A stretch of DNA of 64,000 nt from IMG/VR virus record IMGVR_UViG_3300024346_000012; one strand, 5' to 3'. Below are positions 52,435-62,416 of this stretch, piece by piece (positions within the stretch are counted from its first letter, which is position 1; every line of letters begins with the position of its first letter). The notes under the pieces are model-generated. The model did no database searches and was not told the DNA's origin. It saw nothing but the letters and a program-made list of their open reading frames with translations. The DNA is from a virus. The position numbers and the translations under genes are program-made.

Positions 52435-53376
52435 TTATTTACCGCCTTTGCGGATTGCTTGTAGATATGATTCCATCATTGATGAAGTTACAACAGAGTC
52501 ATCAGCTGATTCTGATTCAGTATCTTCTTCGATAATAGAGGTTGCAGTTTTTTCTTGCTTGAAATATGACTCTTTCAAAGTTGCAACTTTCGCTGCGAAA
52601 TCTTCTTCTGATTCAAAAGCAATTGATTCTGCTAGGTTAGAAAGCTTTTCTACTTGAGTTTCTGCAAGGCCACGTGACGCTTCACGAATAATCGAATCGC
52701 GCTTGTAAACTTCCAGTTCTTCTTGTAGGCTAATGCTTTTAGCTACTGCAGTGTTGAACTCTTCTTCAAGTTCTTCATGCGCAGTCGCCAGTTCATCTAC
52801 TAGGTCAACTTTAGACTCTGGTACATCAATGTAAGATTCGGTGAATACTTCTTTCAGTTTATTCATGAATCCTTCTGCGATCTCAGTACGTAAACCGGAC
52901 TGTACCGCTACTTTGTTGTCATCCATCCATTGCTCAACCACATAGTCGAGGTAGCTGTCAACTTTTTCTACGAGATCTGTTTTAACAGAAGCTACTTCCT
53001 CATCAAGCTGAGTAGCATATGCTTCTTCTAAACGGTTGATCTCTTCAACAAGTTTTGACTTTACCGCTGCTTCAAAAATTACTGCTGTTTTGGCTTTGAA
53101 CTCTTCTGAAAGAGTTGCCTCAGATTCTACTAGAGCATCTAAGTCTTCACTAAAATCTCCATCAAATTTAATTGACTCGGCTTTAGTAGTTCCACCAGAC
53201 ATTTTTTGCATTGGTTCGCTTGTTCCTTTATCTCCCTTGCGCTTCTTAGCTTTAGGGCCTTTTTCTTCGGCAGCATCTACAGATGCAACTGAATCGGCTT
53301 CAGCATTCTTTGGATCGTGAGCTTCTTCGATATCCTCGTCGAGCTCTACATCCTGGTCTTCTATTTGATCAGTCAT
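52435..53376 (-). CDS. 22: Prohead core scaffold protein
   Basis: LSEEFK, IFEAAV and VDSYLDYVVEQW motifs. Confidence 0.92.
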   Translation of the reverse strand: MTDQIEDQDVELDEDIEEAHDPKNAEADSVASVDAAEEKGPKAKKRKGDKGTSEPMQKMSGGTTKAESIKFDGDFSEDLDALVESEATLSEEFKAKTAVIFEAAVKSKLVEEINRLEEAYATQLDEEVASVKTDLVEKVDSYLDYVVEQWMDDNKVAVQSGLRTEIAEGFMNKLKEVFTESYIDVPESKVDLVDELATAHEELEEEFNTAVAKSISLQEELEVYKRDSIIREASRGLAETQVEKLSNLAESIAFESEEDFAAKVATLKESYFKQEKTATSIIEEDTESESADDSVVTSSMMESYLQAIRKGGK

Positions 53377-53390
53377 GTTTGACTCCTTTA

Positions 53391-54047
53391 TTAAGATTGT
53401 TTCAATAACGAGAGGAAATTTTTAAACTCACGTACCTGTGTCTCATACAAATCTGTACGAGAAGCACGCTTAATTTCAGTCTCTATTTTTTCAATTTCTC
53501 GAGCTTCAATGATTCCATTATTCCAGATCCAATCAACACCTTCCATTATTCCATTAACAAAAGCATTTGGTGCTGATGGGTCTTGTACGATATCAACCGT
53601 ATTAAGCATAAAGTCATCTTTGACGTACATAGTACCGTTACGTTGCTCAAGGCTACCCATACCACGAGTTGAGACACCTAGTTGAACACCACCTTCAAGC
53701 AAACCTTTTACGATATTACCCATTGGAGTATCCAATATACGCGCCTTCCCCATAACATCATTTCCCTTAAAATTAAGTTCTGTGATTTTATGAGATACTT
53801 TATCCAAGTTAACAGTAGGTCCTTCAGGGTGATTTAATTCACCAACCGCTCTGTCCTTGGAAACTTGTTCAGAAACATATTTATTGACAGCAGCTTCCAT
53901 TACTGCTTTGGGATAAATACGTCCGTTTCTATTCTTTGATTCAGCCTGCATGAAAACACCTTCAATCACATGTGACTTTGAACCGTCTTCTTTCTTTTCG
54001 ACGACGCATTGTACATCGGTCTCAGTGTATTCTGTAATTAGCTTCAT
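53391..54047 (-). CDS. 21: Prohead protease
   Basis: NRNGRIY, GELNHP, GVSTRGMGS and DIVQDPSAP motifs. Confidence 0.95.
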   Translation of the reverse strand: MKLITEYTETDVQCVVEKKEDGSKSHVIEGVFMQAESKNRNGRIYPKAVMEAAVNKYVSEQVSKDRAVGELNHPEGPTVNLDKVSHKITELNFKGNDVMGKARILDTPMGNIVKGLLEGGVQLGVSTRGMGSLEQRNGTMYVKDDFMLNTVDIVQDPSAPNAFVNGIMEGVDWIWNNGIIEAREIEKIETEIKRASRTDLYETQVREFKNFLSLLKQS

Positions 54048-54050
54048 CTT

Positions 54051-54266
54051 TTAACCTTTAGCCTGTTTAATAAATTCTTTACCCATTTTTTCAGCCTCTC
54101 CTTGAGAGCGATAAGAATCTAACTTTTCGTTATCTATATAGGTAGTAAACATACCTTTTTCTTTATGTATCATTAAAACAGCGCCATTTATCTTTTTGTC
54201 GTAAACATGCTTACCAGGAGGCATCCCAGTTGCTTTTTTTTCTCTTAACTGTTTAAATGTTTTCAT
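54051..54266 (-). CDS. Small prohead core protein
   Basis: MKTFKQLRE start; lies between portal and protease genes. Confidence 0.6.
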   Translation of the reverse strand: MKTFKQLREKKATGMPPGKHVYDKKINGAVLMIHKEKGMFTTYIDNEKLDSYRSQGEAEKMGKEFIKQAKG

Positions 54267-54286
54267 ATTTATTCTTCTTTAACTGT

Positions 54287-54294
54287 TATTTATA
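54287..54294 (-). promoter_or_regulatory. T4-type late promoter
   Basis: Exact TATAAATA. Confidence 0.75.
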
Positions 54295-54318
54295 CTTTTT
54301 AAAAATTCAATAATTTAG

Positions 54319-54582
54319 TTAAACTGGAACACCTTCGACATCGTCCATATCTAATTCGTCGATAGCAGCTTCAATATCTTCATCATCAGGATCCTCTTCT
54401 CCGTCATCAATATATTCAGCATCTTCTTCGCTTTCATCTTCATCGTAGACAGCTCTTGCAACAGCTACTTTCTCTTGCTCTAAAGAATCTTGGATTTTAT
54501 TATTCATAATATCCGCAAATGTAACACCAGCTTTTGCAAAATCTTGGTCACTTACATTGTTAATTAAATCTTCAATTTCCAT
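54319..54582 (-). CDS. Acidic prohead core protein (gp67-like)
   Basis: MEIEDLI start; Asp/Glu-rich tail; synteny. Confidence 0.6.
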   Translation of the reverse strand: MEIEDLINNVSDQDFAKAGVTFADIMNNKIQDSLEQEKVAVARAVYDEDESEEDAEYIDDGEEDPDDEDIEAAIDELDMDDVEGVPV

Positions 54583-56095
54583 CTTCTTCTCCATTATTAT
54601 CTTGAGGCCCATCAGGCTCTTCAGTTGGTTCCATATCTTTTATTTGATCAGTCATATTTTGTATATCATCATCATCGAACTGTAAAACGTTTTTCATCAC
54701 CCATTCTTTTGAGAAGTACTCTCCTACATACTGCTGCATGTTATCTAAAGTTTGCAGTCTATTTTGTAGCAGTTCTGCATCCTTTAGCTCAGAGAAATGA
54801 TTGTCTCTCTTATAGTCTACAACAATATCGTTTTTCCAGCTATCCCAATCTTCATCTACAATAATACCTTTCATAACTAGCTGCTTTTTAAGAATATCAG
54901 TAAACAAAGTAGAAAATCTATTGCGAAGTCTATCTATAAACTTTTGAAACTTTATTTCGTCTCTGTTTATTTCAGTAGATCTTCCAAGAGAAAACTGCGA
55001 TTCTTGCTCTAGTCTATTAATAGGTACGTTTAACGATCTATATAATCTTTTTTGGAAGTAGACAATATCGTCTATTTGTCCAAGATTTTCACCGCCTGGA
55101 AGTGTAGAGATTTCTGTTCCACGGCCACCTTCTCGACGAGGGAGCCAAAAATCTTCAAGCATCGACATATGTTTGCGATCATCTCTAATTGCTCCTGTAT
55201 TAGCATCATATACAAGCTTGTTACGATAGCGAGCCATGATATCTTTCATATATGTTTCAGCTTTACCTCTTGGCAAGTTACCAACATCAATGTAAAAAAT
55301 TCTACGCTCTGGCGCTCTAGCTAGTCTGTATATGACTAACGAGTCTTCCATCATGCGCAACTGGTTAATTGGCTTTAGTGCTTTATGTAGGTGTGATACT
55401 ACTCTTTTGCGATCAACATCTAATAAACCGGAAGTAACATAGCTTACGGAATCATTAGATAGTTTAACACCCTGGTTTGTTCCGCCTGGCTTTTCTTGAT
55501 ATATGTAGAATTCGTTTACGTTTTCAACAACAGAAGCTCCGCTAACAGGATCTTTTTTCTTTTTTATTTCTTTTACTTTACGAATTTTAGTAGCATCAAT
55601 ATTACGGATTTCTTGAATTCCGCTCTTTAAATTCTTTTCATCAACTACTAAATGATGGTAAACTCTACCGTCTATATACCATCTTCTAAAAATGTCATGA
55701 CCTAGATTGGTAAAATCCAGCATAGAGCATATGTTTTCAAATTCTTCTTGAATCTGTTTTTTTACACTATCGCTTGTTTTAACTTTATCTAATACAAGAC
55801 CTACTGGAGATTCATTTTCGTTTGATGTAATCGATTCGTTAATAATATCTTCGATCGCAGCATCTACCTCTGGGTGTATCGATACTGCTCGGTATTGTCT
55901 TACACTTTGTAAATTATCTTTTACAAAATTATCATCACCAATGTTTACGTAAGTGCCATAATGTGCACCTGCAGCCGTGACATAGCCTGCACCGTCTTGA
56001 TCTGTCGGCGGTACAATAGATTGCAGCTTTTCACCTGCCTTATCCTGCTTCCGCTTAATTTCAAAACCAAATAATGTTATACCTGTATCAGCCAT
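54572..56095 (-). CDS. 20: Portal vertex protein
   Basis: FRRWYIDGR, RAPERRIFYIDVGNLP and EDFWLPRREGGRGTEI motifs. Confidence 0.97.
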   Translation of the reverse strand: MADTGITLFGFEIKRKQDKAGEKLQSIVPPTDQDGAGYVTAAGAHYGTYVNIGDDNFVKDNLQSVRQYRAVSIHPEVDAAIEDIINESITSNENESPVGLVLDKVKTSDSVKKQIQEEFENICSMLDFTNLGHDIFRRWYIDGRVYHHLVVDEKNLKSGIQEIRNIDATKIRKVKEIKKKKDPVSGASVVENVNEFYIYQEKPGGTNQGVKLSNDSVSYVTSGLLDVDRKRVVSHLHKALKPINQLRMMEDSLVIYRLARAPERRIFYIDVGNLPRGKAETYMKDIMARYRNKLVYDANTGAIRDDRKHMSMLEDFWLPRREGGRGTEISTLPGGENLGQIDDIVYFQKRLYRSLNVPINRLEQESQFSLGRSTEINRDEIKFQKFIDRLRNRFSTLFTDILKKQLVMKGIIVDEDWDSWKNDIVVDYKRDNHFSELKDAELLQNRLQTLDNMQQYVGEYFSKEWVMKNVLQFDDDDIQNMTDQIKDMEPTEEPDGPQDNNGEEDGN

Positions 56096-56117
56096 ATTAC
56101 TTTCCAATATTAAATTT

Positions 56118-56149
56118 AGGAGGGCATCTCTGCCCTCCCACTATTTATA
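56118..56149 (-). promoter_or_regulatory. Late promoter TATAAATA followed by a GC hairpin
   Basis: Box at 56142-56149; GGAGGGCA-GAGA-TGCCCTCC. Confidence 0.65.
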
Positions 56150-56154
56150 TCTAC

Positions 56155-56682
56155 TTAAGAAGTAGTATTTGATTCCCAGTACTGTACCTGGAACTCCACT
56201 GTAAATCTTTCGATTTCATTTTCAGAAGCATAGCTTAAATCAATTGCTGAAATAGCAGTTGGAAAACAGCTTCTAAAGTTATAAGTCTTTAGAACCAAAC
56301 CTTCTCTATCGAGTTGATCCACTACTAGATCAGCTTCGTAGTCGACTGGGTTCGTAAGACCAGTGTTATTGGAATGAGCATTAATCCCATTCATCCAACG
56401 TTCCATCGCATCTCTGACATTAAAGTCAACGTCATTGATAATAGTAGCATTCCATGTATCAAATACACGGTCGCCAGCCATTTTCAAACGTCTGCCACGG
56501 AATGGCATTTCGATAACACTTACTGTTGATGCAGGCAACTGTGCTGCCTCGCATAAAAATGATGTTAATTCCACATCGCCATTTGCATAGCCTGGGAAAT
56601 TGATAGTAGCTTTAAAGAGATTTGGACGTGCGCCGCCACCTCTTAATTTTGCCTTAAAATCATCAACGCCTAATATTGCCAT
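56155..56682 (-). CDS. 19: Tail tube protein
   Basis: GGARPNLF, FRGR-x-LKMAGDRVF and FTVEFQVQYW motifs. Confidence 0.93.
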   Translation of the reverse strand: MAILGVDDFKAKLRGGGARPNLFKATINFPGYANGDVELTSFLCEAAQLPASTVSVIEMPFRGRRLKMAGDRVFDTWNATIINDVDFNVRDAMERWMNGINAHSNNTGLTNPVDYEADLVVDQLDREGLVLKTYNFRSCFPTAISAIDLSYASENEIERFTVEFQVQYWESNTTS

Positions 56683-56694
56683 TTTTTATCTCCT

Positions 56695-58344
56695 TTATAC
56701 CGAAAGTCCGGCGACTTCTTCGAAGTCAACACCAGATCTTACAGCTACAAAGTTAAGAGTAATGTAGTTGATTGACCGAGCTGGCTTAATGAAGATATTC
56801 GCAATAAATTCATTTCTATCTATAATAGCTGCTGTGTTATTAGTTTCATCGCATACTACTCTAAAATCTGTAATGCCTCTCCGGCCTTTGATTTCTCTCA
56901 GGAACGGTTCAACTATATTAACAAATTCTGCTCTTGTAAACTCATCATTCAATTCGAACAATGTGTTTCTTGCTGCCAACGCTATCGCTCTTTCTACAAC
57001 ATTAAACAATCTTCTTACATTGATTCTATCAAATGCTGAAGGTCTGTTCATGTGAGTTTTATCGCCGTAAAGCAAAATACCTTGACCAGGTAGATTAGCA
57101 ATGGGATTAACTCCAGCTTTATAAAGAGTATCTCTTTGGCTTTTCGTTGGAGTATATGCCAAGCTTGTTACACCCAGGTATCCACCTCTTCTAGAACCTG
57201 CGGGAGAAAACCATGGAGCTGAGTTAGCATCAGAAGCTGCCATGATACCTGCAGTTGAAGATGCGGCTGGAATCCAAGAATATACGTCATTATACTTATC
57301 GTATACTTTCAACCAGTTATTATCCATAAACTGATAAGATGTATATGCAAAATTGTTTGCCTCACCATTTGTTTTAGATACTGGATCGGATTGACCTATA
57401 ACGCTATTATATGCAGGAGAATTAACTACAACACAATCTTTACGGGTCGAGCTTGCGGTAGTAATAAGACTATCTACAATAGTTTTGTTATCAGCGCTGT
57501 CAGTCGAGCCTGGCGCAACTAAAAAATCTACCTGAACTGTATCTTTATCACTAAAGAGGTCATATCCAGTTATGTAATTTGCCGCGGTTGGACTACTGTC
57601 TCCGTCTGAACCTTTCGAAAGAGTTGCAGAATCAGTTTGTCCGATATTAGAGCTATCCACCCAAACCCAATTTGATGCTCTGTTAATAACGGTAGCTATA
57701 CTCTTCGATGATCCATCTGCACTAACAGCACTATCTGAAGTAGAAAGATATTCGTATTTTTCTAAAACAGTACCAGTAGTTCCAGTAATAGTTCCGTCAG
57801 CATCCATCACAAGAATATGTCTTTCGTTTCCTGCGGGTGCATCATCAAAATTCGATTTATAAGCAGCAGGCCAGGTGCCCCAAGCGCCCGAATCTGCATA
57901 TGCTATTTTAATAGAATTTCCAAGACCTCCAGGATATCTAGCTACAAACTTACGATTAATATTAGTAGTGTCTATATTATCGTTGTCAAAGTTTTGTATG
58001 ATACCAGACGCTGCTAATGAATCTTCTGACAGCAACTCATCGGCTGCAGTCAGCCAAGTTGCATTTTTTCTACCCGTTTCTCCTACTCTTACCACTTGTA
58101 AAGCATTTGAATACTTTAAAAAGTAAGATGCAGTTAAAAAGTCTCGGGATTTAGTTGTTGTGGGAGCAGTAAAAGTTGATACCAAACCAGCCTCATTTGA
58201 CGTGAGAGTTGGATCATTTACTGGTCCCCAATTAAAGTCGCCTACAAATGCCGCAGTTGTAGATTGTACATTGGGCACTCCGCCCGTAAGATCTACTTCT
58301 TTGACAATAATTGCTGGTGACTCTGATGGTACGCCAATTGCCAT
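56695..58344 (-). CDS. 18: Tail sheath protein
   Basis: FNWGP, PWFSPAG, SAFDRINVRRLF and IKPARSINYI motifs. Confidence 0.95.
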   Translation of the reverse strand: MAIGVPSESPAIIVKEVDLTGGVPNVQSTTAAFVGDFNWGPVNDPTLTSNEAGLVSTFTAPTTTKSRDFLTASYFLKYSNALQVVRVGETGRKNATWLTAADELLSEDSLAASGIIQNFDNDNIDTTNINRKFVARYPGGLGNSIKIAYADSGAWGTWPAAYKSNFDDAPAGNERHILVMDADGTITGTTGTVLEKYEYLSTSDSAVSADGSSKSIATVINRASNWVWVDSSNIGQTDSATLSKGSDGDSSPTAANYITGYDLFSDKDTVQVDFLVAPGSTDSADNKTIVDSLITTASSTRKDCVVVNSPAYNSVIGQSDPVSKTNGEANNFAYTSYQFMDNNWLKVYDKYNDVYSWIPAASSTAGIMAASDANSAPWFSPAGSRRGGYLGVTSLAYTPTKSQRDTLYKAGVNPIANLPGQGILLYGDKTHMNRPSAFDRINVRRLFNVVERAIALAARNTLFELNDEFTRAEFVNIVEPFLREIKGRRGITDFRVVCDETNNTAAIIDRNEFIANIFIKPARSINYITLNFVAVRSGVDFEEVAGLSV

Positions 58345-58406
58345 TTGTGTTTCCTTTTCCAGTAATCTAATTATATGTTTTCATAATACGTGATTTCAAT
58401 TACTAG

Positions 58407-58414
58407 TATTTATA
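58407..58414 (-). promoter_or_regulatory. T4-type late promoter
   Basis: Exact TATAAATA upstream of gp18. Confidence 0.8.
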
Positions 58415-58425
58415 ATAAATTGATT

Positions 58426-60021
58426 TTACCACATTGTACCTACGTCTTCGTACCATGGCTTTACATTTTCTATTATGTTGTCATCTTCTACTACATCATC
58501 TAAGCCGTCGTCTATGAATCCAAATGGAAGAACATCAGCTTCTATTTCTTGCATTCTTTGCTTAAACATCATATCTTTTAGACTTACATCTGTTATTTCC
58601 TCAAATGAATTACCTACTGCAAAATAACCGAACATCACTAGATTCATCATTAAGTCATCGTGGTTACCCTCTGAGGCTTCATAGGATTGCCCTCTAGCTA
58701 CAAACGTTGACATTTCTAATATAGTCTGCGTATCTTTTATTATAAGTTTGTCTTCTTCTAGTATATCTTTAATGCCAGAACACCCGATGCGCTTAGTTTT
58801 TCTTGTCATCTCCACGCCGATCCTGTCAGCCTTAACAAGAGAATCCATATGCAGATTTTCATATTCTAACTCTTGATAAAGACCATTCGTAACTAAAGTA
58901 CCCTGATCGTTTGCTTCTACGATAACATATGCCTCGTTATACACGTTAGCAAATTTATAAATAACATTAGGGAAGAGTAATGGAGAGATAGTGTTATTGC
59001 GATAAACAGCAACCTGTTCAAACGGGCGAACGCTAATATCGATCAAATTAAAAGTTGAGTAGTCCTGTCCTCTTCCCTTCGACACATCTACCGTCATAAT
59101 GTACTGATGGCCTTTTTCAGGTTCTTTGTATACTAAGCAATGGCCGTTTTCTACTATACGAATTGGCTCAGATGATCTTTGTCTTAATAAGCACTCTGGG
59201 TTAATAAGTGTATCACCTGTTCCGAAAAAGGTATTACCAAATTCTTGATCAAACTGCAACTGAGAAGTGTTTGATATAGTCTGCTTTTTCCAAGCTTCAT
59301 CTCTTCCAGGTACATCCCACCAATCAACTCTGAAAGGTATATATTCATTTGTACCTTGGGTGGCACCTTCCCACAACTTATGATAGATGTTTCCTAGGCC
59401 ATTAGCAGTAGATGTAATAATAACTTTAGTATTTTTACCTGATGATACAACAGGGTATGTAGATGTATAAAATTCAGATGCTCTTTCGACAAACGCGAAC
59501 TCGTCGAGATAGAGTAAGTTTACTGACATACCACGAATAGAAGATCCTGATGTAGCAGCAGCAATAATCCTACTGTTATTTGAAAATTCTATAGATCTTT
59601 TATTTAAAGCTCTACATCCAGGTTGCAGGAAGAAGGGTAGATTCTCAAGCATAAGAGTAATACGAGACAACATCTCTCCAGCTGTAGCACCCTTATTAGC
59701 TAATATAGCTACTGTTTTTTCTGGGTGGAATACTGCAAACCATAAAAGATAAGCTACGCTTGAAATAGATTTTCCTGATTGGCGGCAAGCTAATACAATA
59801 TTAAACCTATTAGAATTAAAAGTTTCAAACATTTTTTCTTGATAAGGATATAATTCAAAAGGAACTAAACCTCTATCTAGAGAAATTATTTTACAATAAT
59901 GCGTAGCAAAATATCCAGGATCTTTTAAGCACCTAGAGTATTCTTTTATTTCTTCTTTGGCAAAATTGTGAGTGACACCGTCTCGCTTGACGTTCATATT
60001 GCCTAAATATGTGTCATTCAT
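58426..60021 (-). CDS. 17: Terminase large subunit
   Basis: RQSGKS, YLDEFAF, ITSTANG and HDDLMM motifs. Confidence 0.97.
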   Translation of the reverse strand: MNDTYLGNMNVKRDGVTHNFAKEEIKEYSRCLKDPGYFATHYCKIISLDRGLVPFELYPYQEKMFETFNSNRFNIVLACRQSGKSISSVAYLLWFAVFHPEKTVAILANKGATAGEMLSRITLMLENLPFFLQPGCRALNKRSIEFSNNSRIIAAATSGSSIRGMSVNLLYLDEFAFVERASEFYTSTYPVVSSGKNTKVIITSTANGLGNIYHKLWEGATQGTNEYIPFRVDWWDVPGRDEAWKKQTISNTSQLQFDQEFGNTFFGTGDTLINPECLLRQRSSEPIRIVENGHCLVYKEPEKGHQYIMTVDVSKGRGQDYSTFNLIDISVRPFEQVAVYRNNTISPLLFPNVIYKFANVYNEAYVIVEANDQGTLVTNGLYQELEYENLHMDSLVKADRIGVEMTRKTKRIGCSGIKDILEEDKLIIKDTQTILEMSTFVARGQSYEASEGNHDDLMMNLVMFGYFAVGNSFEEITDVSLKDMMFKQRMQEIEADVLPFGFIDDGLDDVVEDDNIIENVKPWYEDVGTMW

Positions 60022-60370
60022 CCTTCTTATAGTCTGTAATGTCAACTACTTTATCATCCTCATTATCATCTAATAGCATTCGCTGCAAGTCACTGGTAGA
60101 ACCAATAAACACATTGTTAGTTGTTTGGTTAGCTAATTCCTTAGCTTCATCTGTTTTATCGAAGTCTTTTTTCTTTTTATGAAGGTCCATAAGAGAACCG
60201 TTTATATCCGCTATGTTTTTCATCATATTAGACAAAACTTCAAAAGCCCGAGGATGCTCAGTCGCTCTCGCAACTTCCATCATCTCTTCCATAGACTCAG
60301 AACCTTTGGCTAGAAGATCATGGTAGATCTGTCTAGAATACTCAAAATCATTATTAACATTATCTGTCAT
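60014..60370 (-). CDS. 16: Terminase small subunit
   Basis: DFEYSR, HPRAFEV and NNVFIGSTSDLQ motifs. Confidence 0.92.
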   Translation of the reverse strand: MTDNVNNDFEYSRQIYHDLLAKGSESMEEMMEVARATEHPRAFEVLSNMMKNIADINGSLMDLHKKKKDFDKTDEAKELANQTTNNVFIGSTSDLQRMLLDDNEDDKVVDITDYKKDE

Positions 60371-60507
60371 TATCTTTTATCCGGAAATTCCATAGCACAA
60401 CCACCACAGGTGCACGATTCACAGTCGCAATCATCTACGTTGCACGCATAGCTTTCTTCGTGACAGTCATGACCACAATTAGGACACTTAGCAATTTCTT
60501 CAGCCAT
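60370..60507 (-). CDS. 45-aa Cys/His-rich metallothionein-like protein (not in ORF track)
   Basis: MAEEIAKCPNCGHDCHEESYACNVDDCDCESCTCGGCAMEFPDKR; AGGAG RBS; TAATG coupling to gp16. Confidence 0.7.
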   Translation of the reverse strand: MAEEIAKCPNCGHDCHEESYACNVDDCDCESCTCGGCAMEFPDKR

Positions 60508-60522
60508 CTTTTTCTCCTATGT

Positions 60523-61293
60523 TCACGGATATGTTATAACAGTATTAAATCCAAAATCACTATCTGCCAGACCTATAACTCCGCTAGGATCCGGTGTAGT
60601 AGTTAAAGTCTCCATCAGTAGATCGCTATCGCTCAAACCAGCGTTCTGATCGAATACATTTGTAATTGATGTTCGAATAACGCCTCTATTATTGATAGGT
60701 CCATAAAAATTGATGTACATTTGGAAGGAAAGAGTGTATGTTATAATCCTTCTCTGCTCTAGCGCACCTTCATAGTCATCTGCAAAGTCTACTCCAACTA
60801 AAGATATTGGCACGTCTTCTTTTATGTCAGTGTGTTCATCGAAAGGTTTTACAGTAAGAGTATACTGAGGATTAAAATACGGCAAAATCTGCTCAACTAC
60901 TTGCAAAGCATCATCTTGCGTTTTTGCAAAAATACTTAATTGAAATCCGATGTTGTACGGAACTGCAGATGTAAAATTATCTCTTAGAGATCCGCCAGTA
61001 GATACAGTTTGAAAATTATTATTTTTTGGTAACTGTCTTCCTGCGTCGTAATCTATCGAAGTAATTTCAAAAGCCATTCTCGGCAATTTAATAGCTACAT
61101 TTGTATCATCGATTAGTGTGGGGTTTTCCCTAATACGATCTAGATATTTACGACTAGGAGCATAAGATAGTGGAACCTTAACCTGGCTATAAGATCTTGT
61201 CGATCCTTGTCTAATAACGTATATGTTATTAAATAAAGTACCGAATATGGCCACACTTTTTCTTATTCTCTGGTGATAAAAATAACTAAACAT
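60523..61293 (-). CDS. 15: Tail sheath stabilizer / completion protein
   Basis: FGTLFNNI, KVPLSYAP, LPRMAFE and QVVEQILPYF motifs. Confidence 0.93.
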   Translation of the reverse strand: MFSYFYHQRIRKSVAIFGTLFNNIYVIRQGSTRSYSQVKVPLSYAPSRKYLDRIRENPTLIDDTNVAIKLPRMAFEITSIDYDAGRQLPKNNNFQTVSTGGSLRDNFTSAVPYNIGFQLSIFAKTQDDALQVVEQILPYFNPQYTLTVKPFDEHTDIKEDVPISLVGVDFADDYEGALEQRRIITYTLSFQMYINFYGPINNRGVIRTSITNVFDQNAGLSDSDLLMETLTTTPDPSGVIGLADSDFGFNTVITYP

Positions 61294-61541
61294 TAATTAA
61301 GTGTACCTTTATAAATCTGTTGTAAATGAGTTTCAAACTGTTCTACTTTTTCATATCTATTAGGCCAAAGAATGTAATCTTTTTCTGGGTTCTTTTTAAG
61401 GTTATTCAAAAGAGGAATAACAGCGTTATATAAATCGTTCAGCCGTTCTTCAGTTGACGTTGCTTCACTCGCAACTTTTTGAACTGCTTCGAGCTCATCT
61501 TCATCTACTGCAGTAAATCCGAAATCAAAAATTTCTGTCAT
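61293..61541 (-). CDS. Conserved hypothetical protein
   Basis: FDFGFTAVDE and PLLNNLKKNPEKDYILWPNR motifs. Confidence 0.7.
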   Translation of the reverse strand: MTEIFDFGFTAVDEDELEAVQKVASEATSTEERLNDLYNAVIPLLNNLKKNPEKDYILWPNRYEKVEQFETHLQQIYKGTLN

Positions 61542-62413
61542 GATGGATCACCAAATGGATTAGATTCTGAGAAATCTAAGAAACCATCTCCAATTGTATC
61601 GAAGTCTGAGTTTTGTTCATTGTTAGATATATTATTTTCTTCTGTCACAGCTTCAATCAAAACACTACCATTTATACTGTTAATACTTCTTCCACTTACG
61701 AATGTATGCAAATTACCTGGATCATTTGATCCTACACCTACAAGTGAAAGTGATCGAGTAGATTCTTTCCAATACGATACTTCGCCATACATTACAGTTC
61801 CGTCTGCCAATGTCTGAGTTACTTCTTCTCCTACCTCAAAATTAACATCGGTATTTGCAGTTCTTACATTGTATGTATAAGAATATTCTCTTTCTATATC
61901 GTCAATTTCTTCAACACCAGTGTCCATAATTTCGCCTGAATATTCGAATAGTTCACACCTCAGTTTAAAAACCGGTAGATTGCTCAACTGATAAAACGGC
62001 GATTCGTGTTCTACAGCCATCACTTGAAACAATTTTTTAGTTAGTCCTAAATATATGAGGTCTCCTTCAAAGGGCCTTGAGCCCTCAACCTCATTATCAT
62101 ATCTAGCTACAAGCTGTTTCCATCTTCTTCGAGATACCACAAACGTGGCTTGATCTCTAATTTCTACACCAAATTTTGTAAAAAGATCACCTTCTCCGTC
62201 AAAGCCCTCAATGTTTTCAATGTACATTTCAATTCTATGAGATGAATTAAACTGAGAAGGTATATCGTCGCTAAGAATCCTATCTTCTTCAAGAATATCT
62301 CTGGGTATATAATACACGTCTTGACCGTACATCCTAAGAGATTCTATTACTAGATCCTCATAAAGATTTTGTTCCGATCTTACTTTTTGACTAAAATAAA
62401 AATTAGTTGCCAT
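61538..62413 (-). CDS. 14: Neck protein
   Basis: EQNLYEDLVIE, YYIPR, PFYQL and DFSESNPFG motifs. Confidence 0.92.
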   Translation of the reverse strand: MATNFYFSQKVRSEQNLYEDLVIESLRMYGQDVYYIPRDILEEDRILSDDIPSQFNSSHRIEMYIENIEGFDGEGDLFTKFGVEIRDQATFVVSRRRWKQLVARYDNEVEGSRPFEGDLIYLGLTKKLFQVMAVEHESPFYQLSNLPVFKLRCELFEYSGEIMDTGVEEIDDIEREYSYTYNVRTANTDVNFEVGEEVTQTLADGTVMYGEVSYWKESTRSLSLVGVGSNDPGNLHTFVSGRSINSINGSVLIEAVTEENNISNNEQNSDFDTIGDGFLDFSESNPFGDPS

Positions 62414-62416
62414 GAG

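Noticed and set aside
27571-60021. Inteins or introns in gp41, gp43, gp46, uvsW or gp17
   Set aside because: Lengths are normal, motifs are contiguous and no splice-junction signatures were seen
47341-60370. SspB-like ClpX-docking tails on the 47341 protein (NVLSFP) and gp16 (KVVDITDYKK)
   Set aside because: Only a short, degenerate resemblance; cannot be distinguished from chance without alignments
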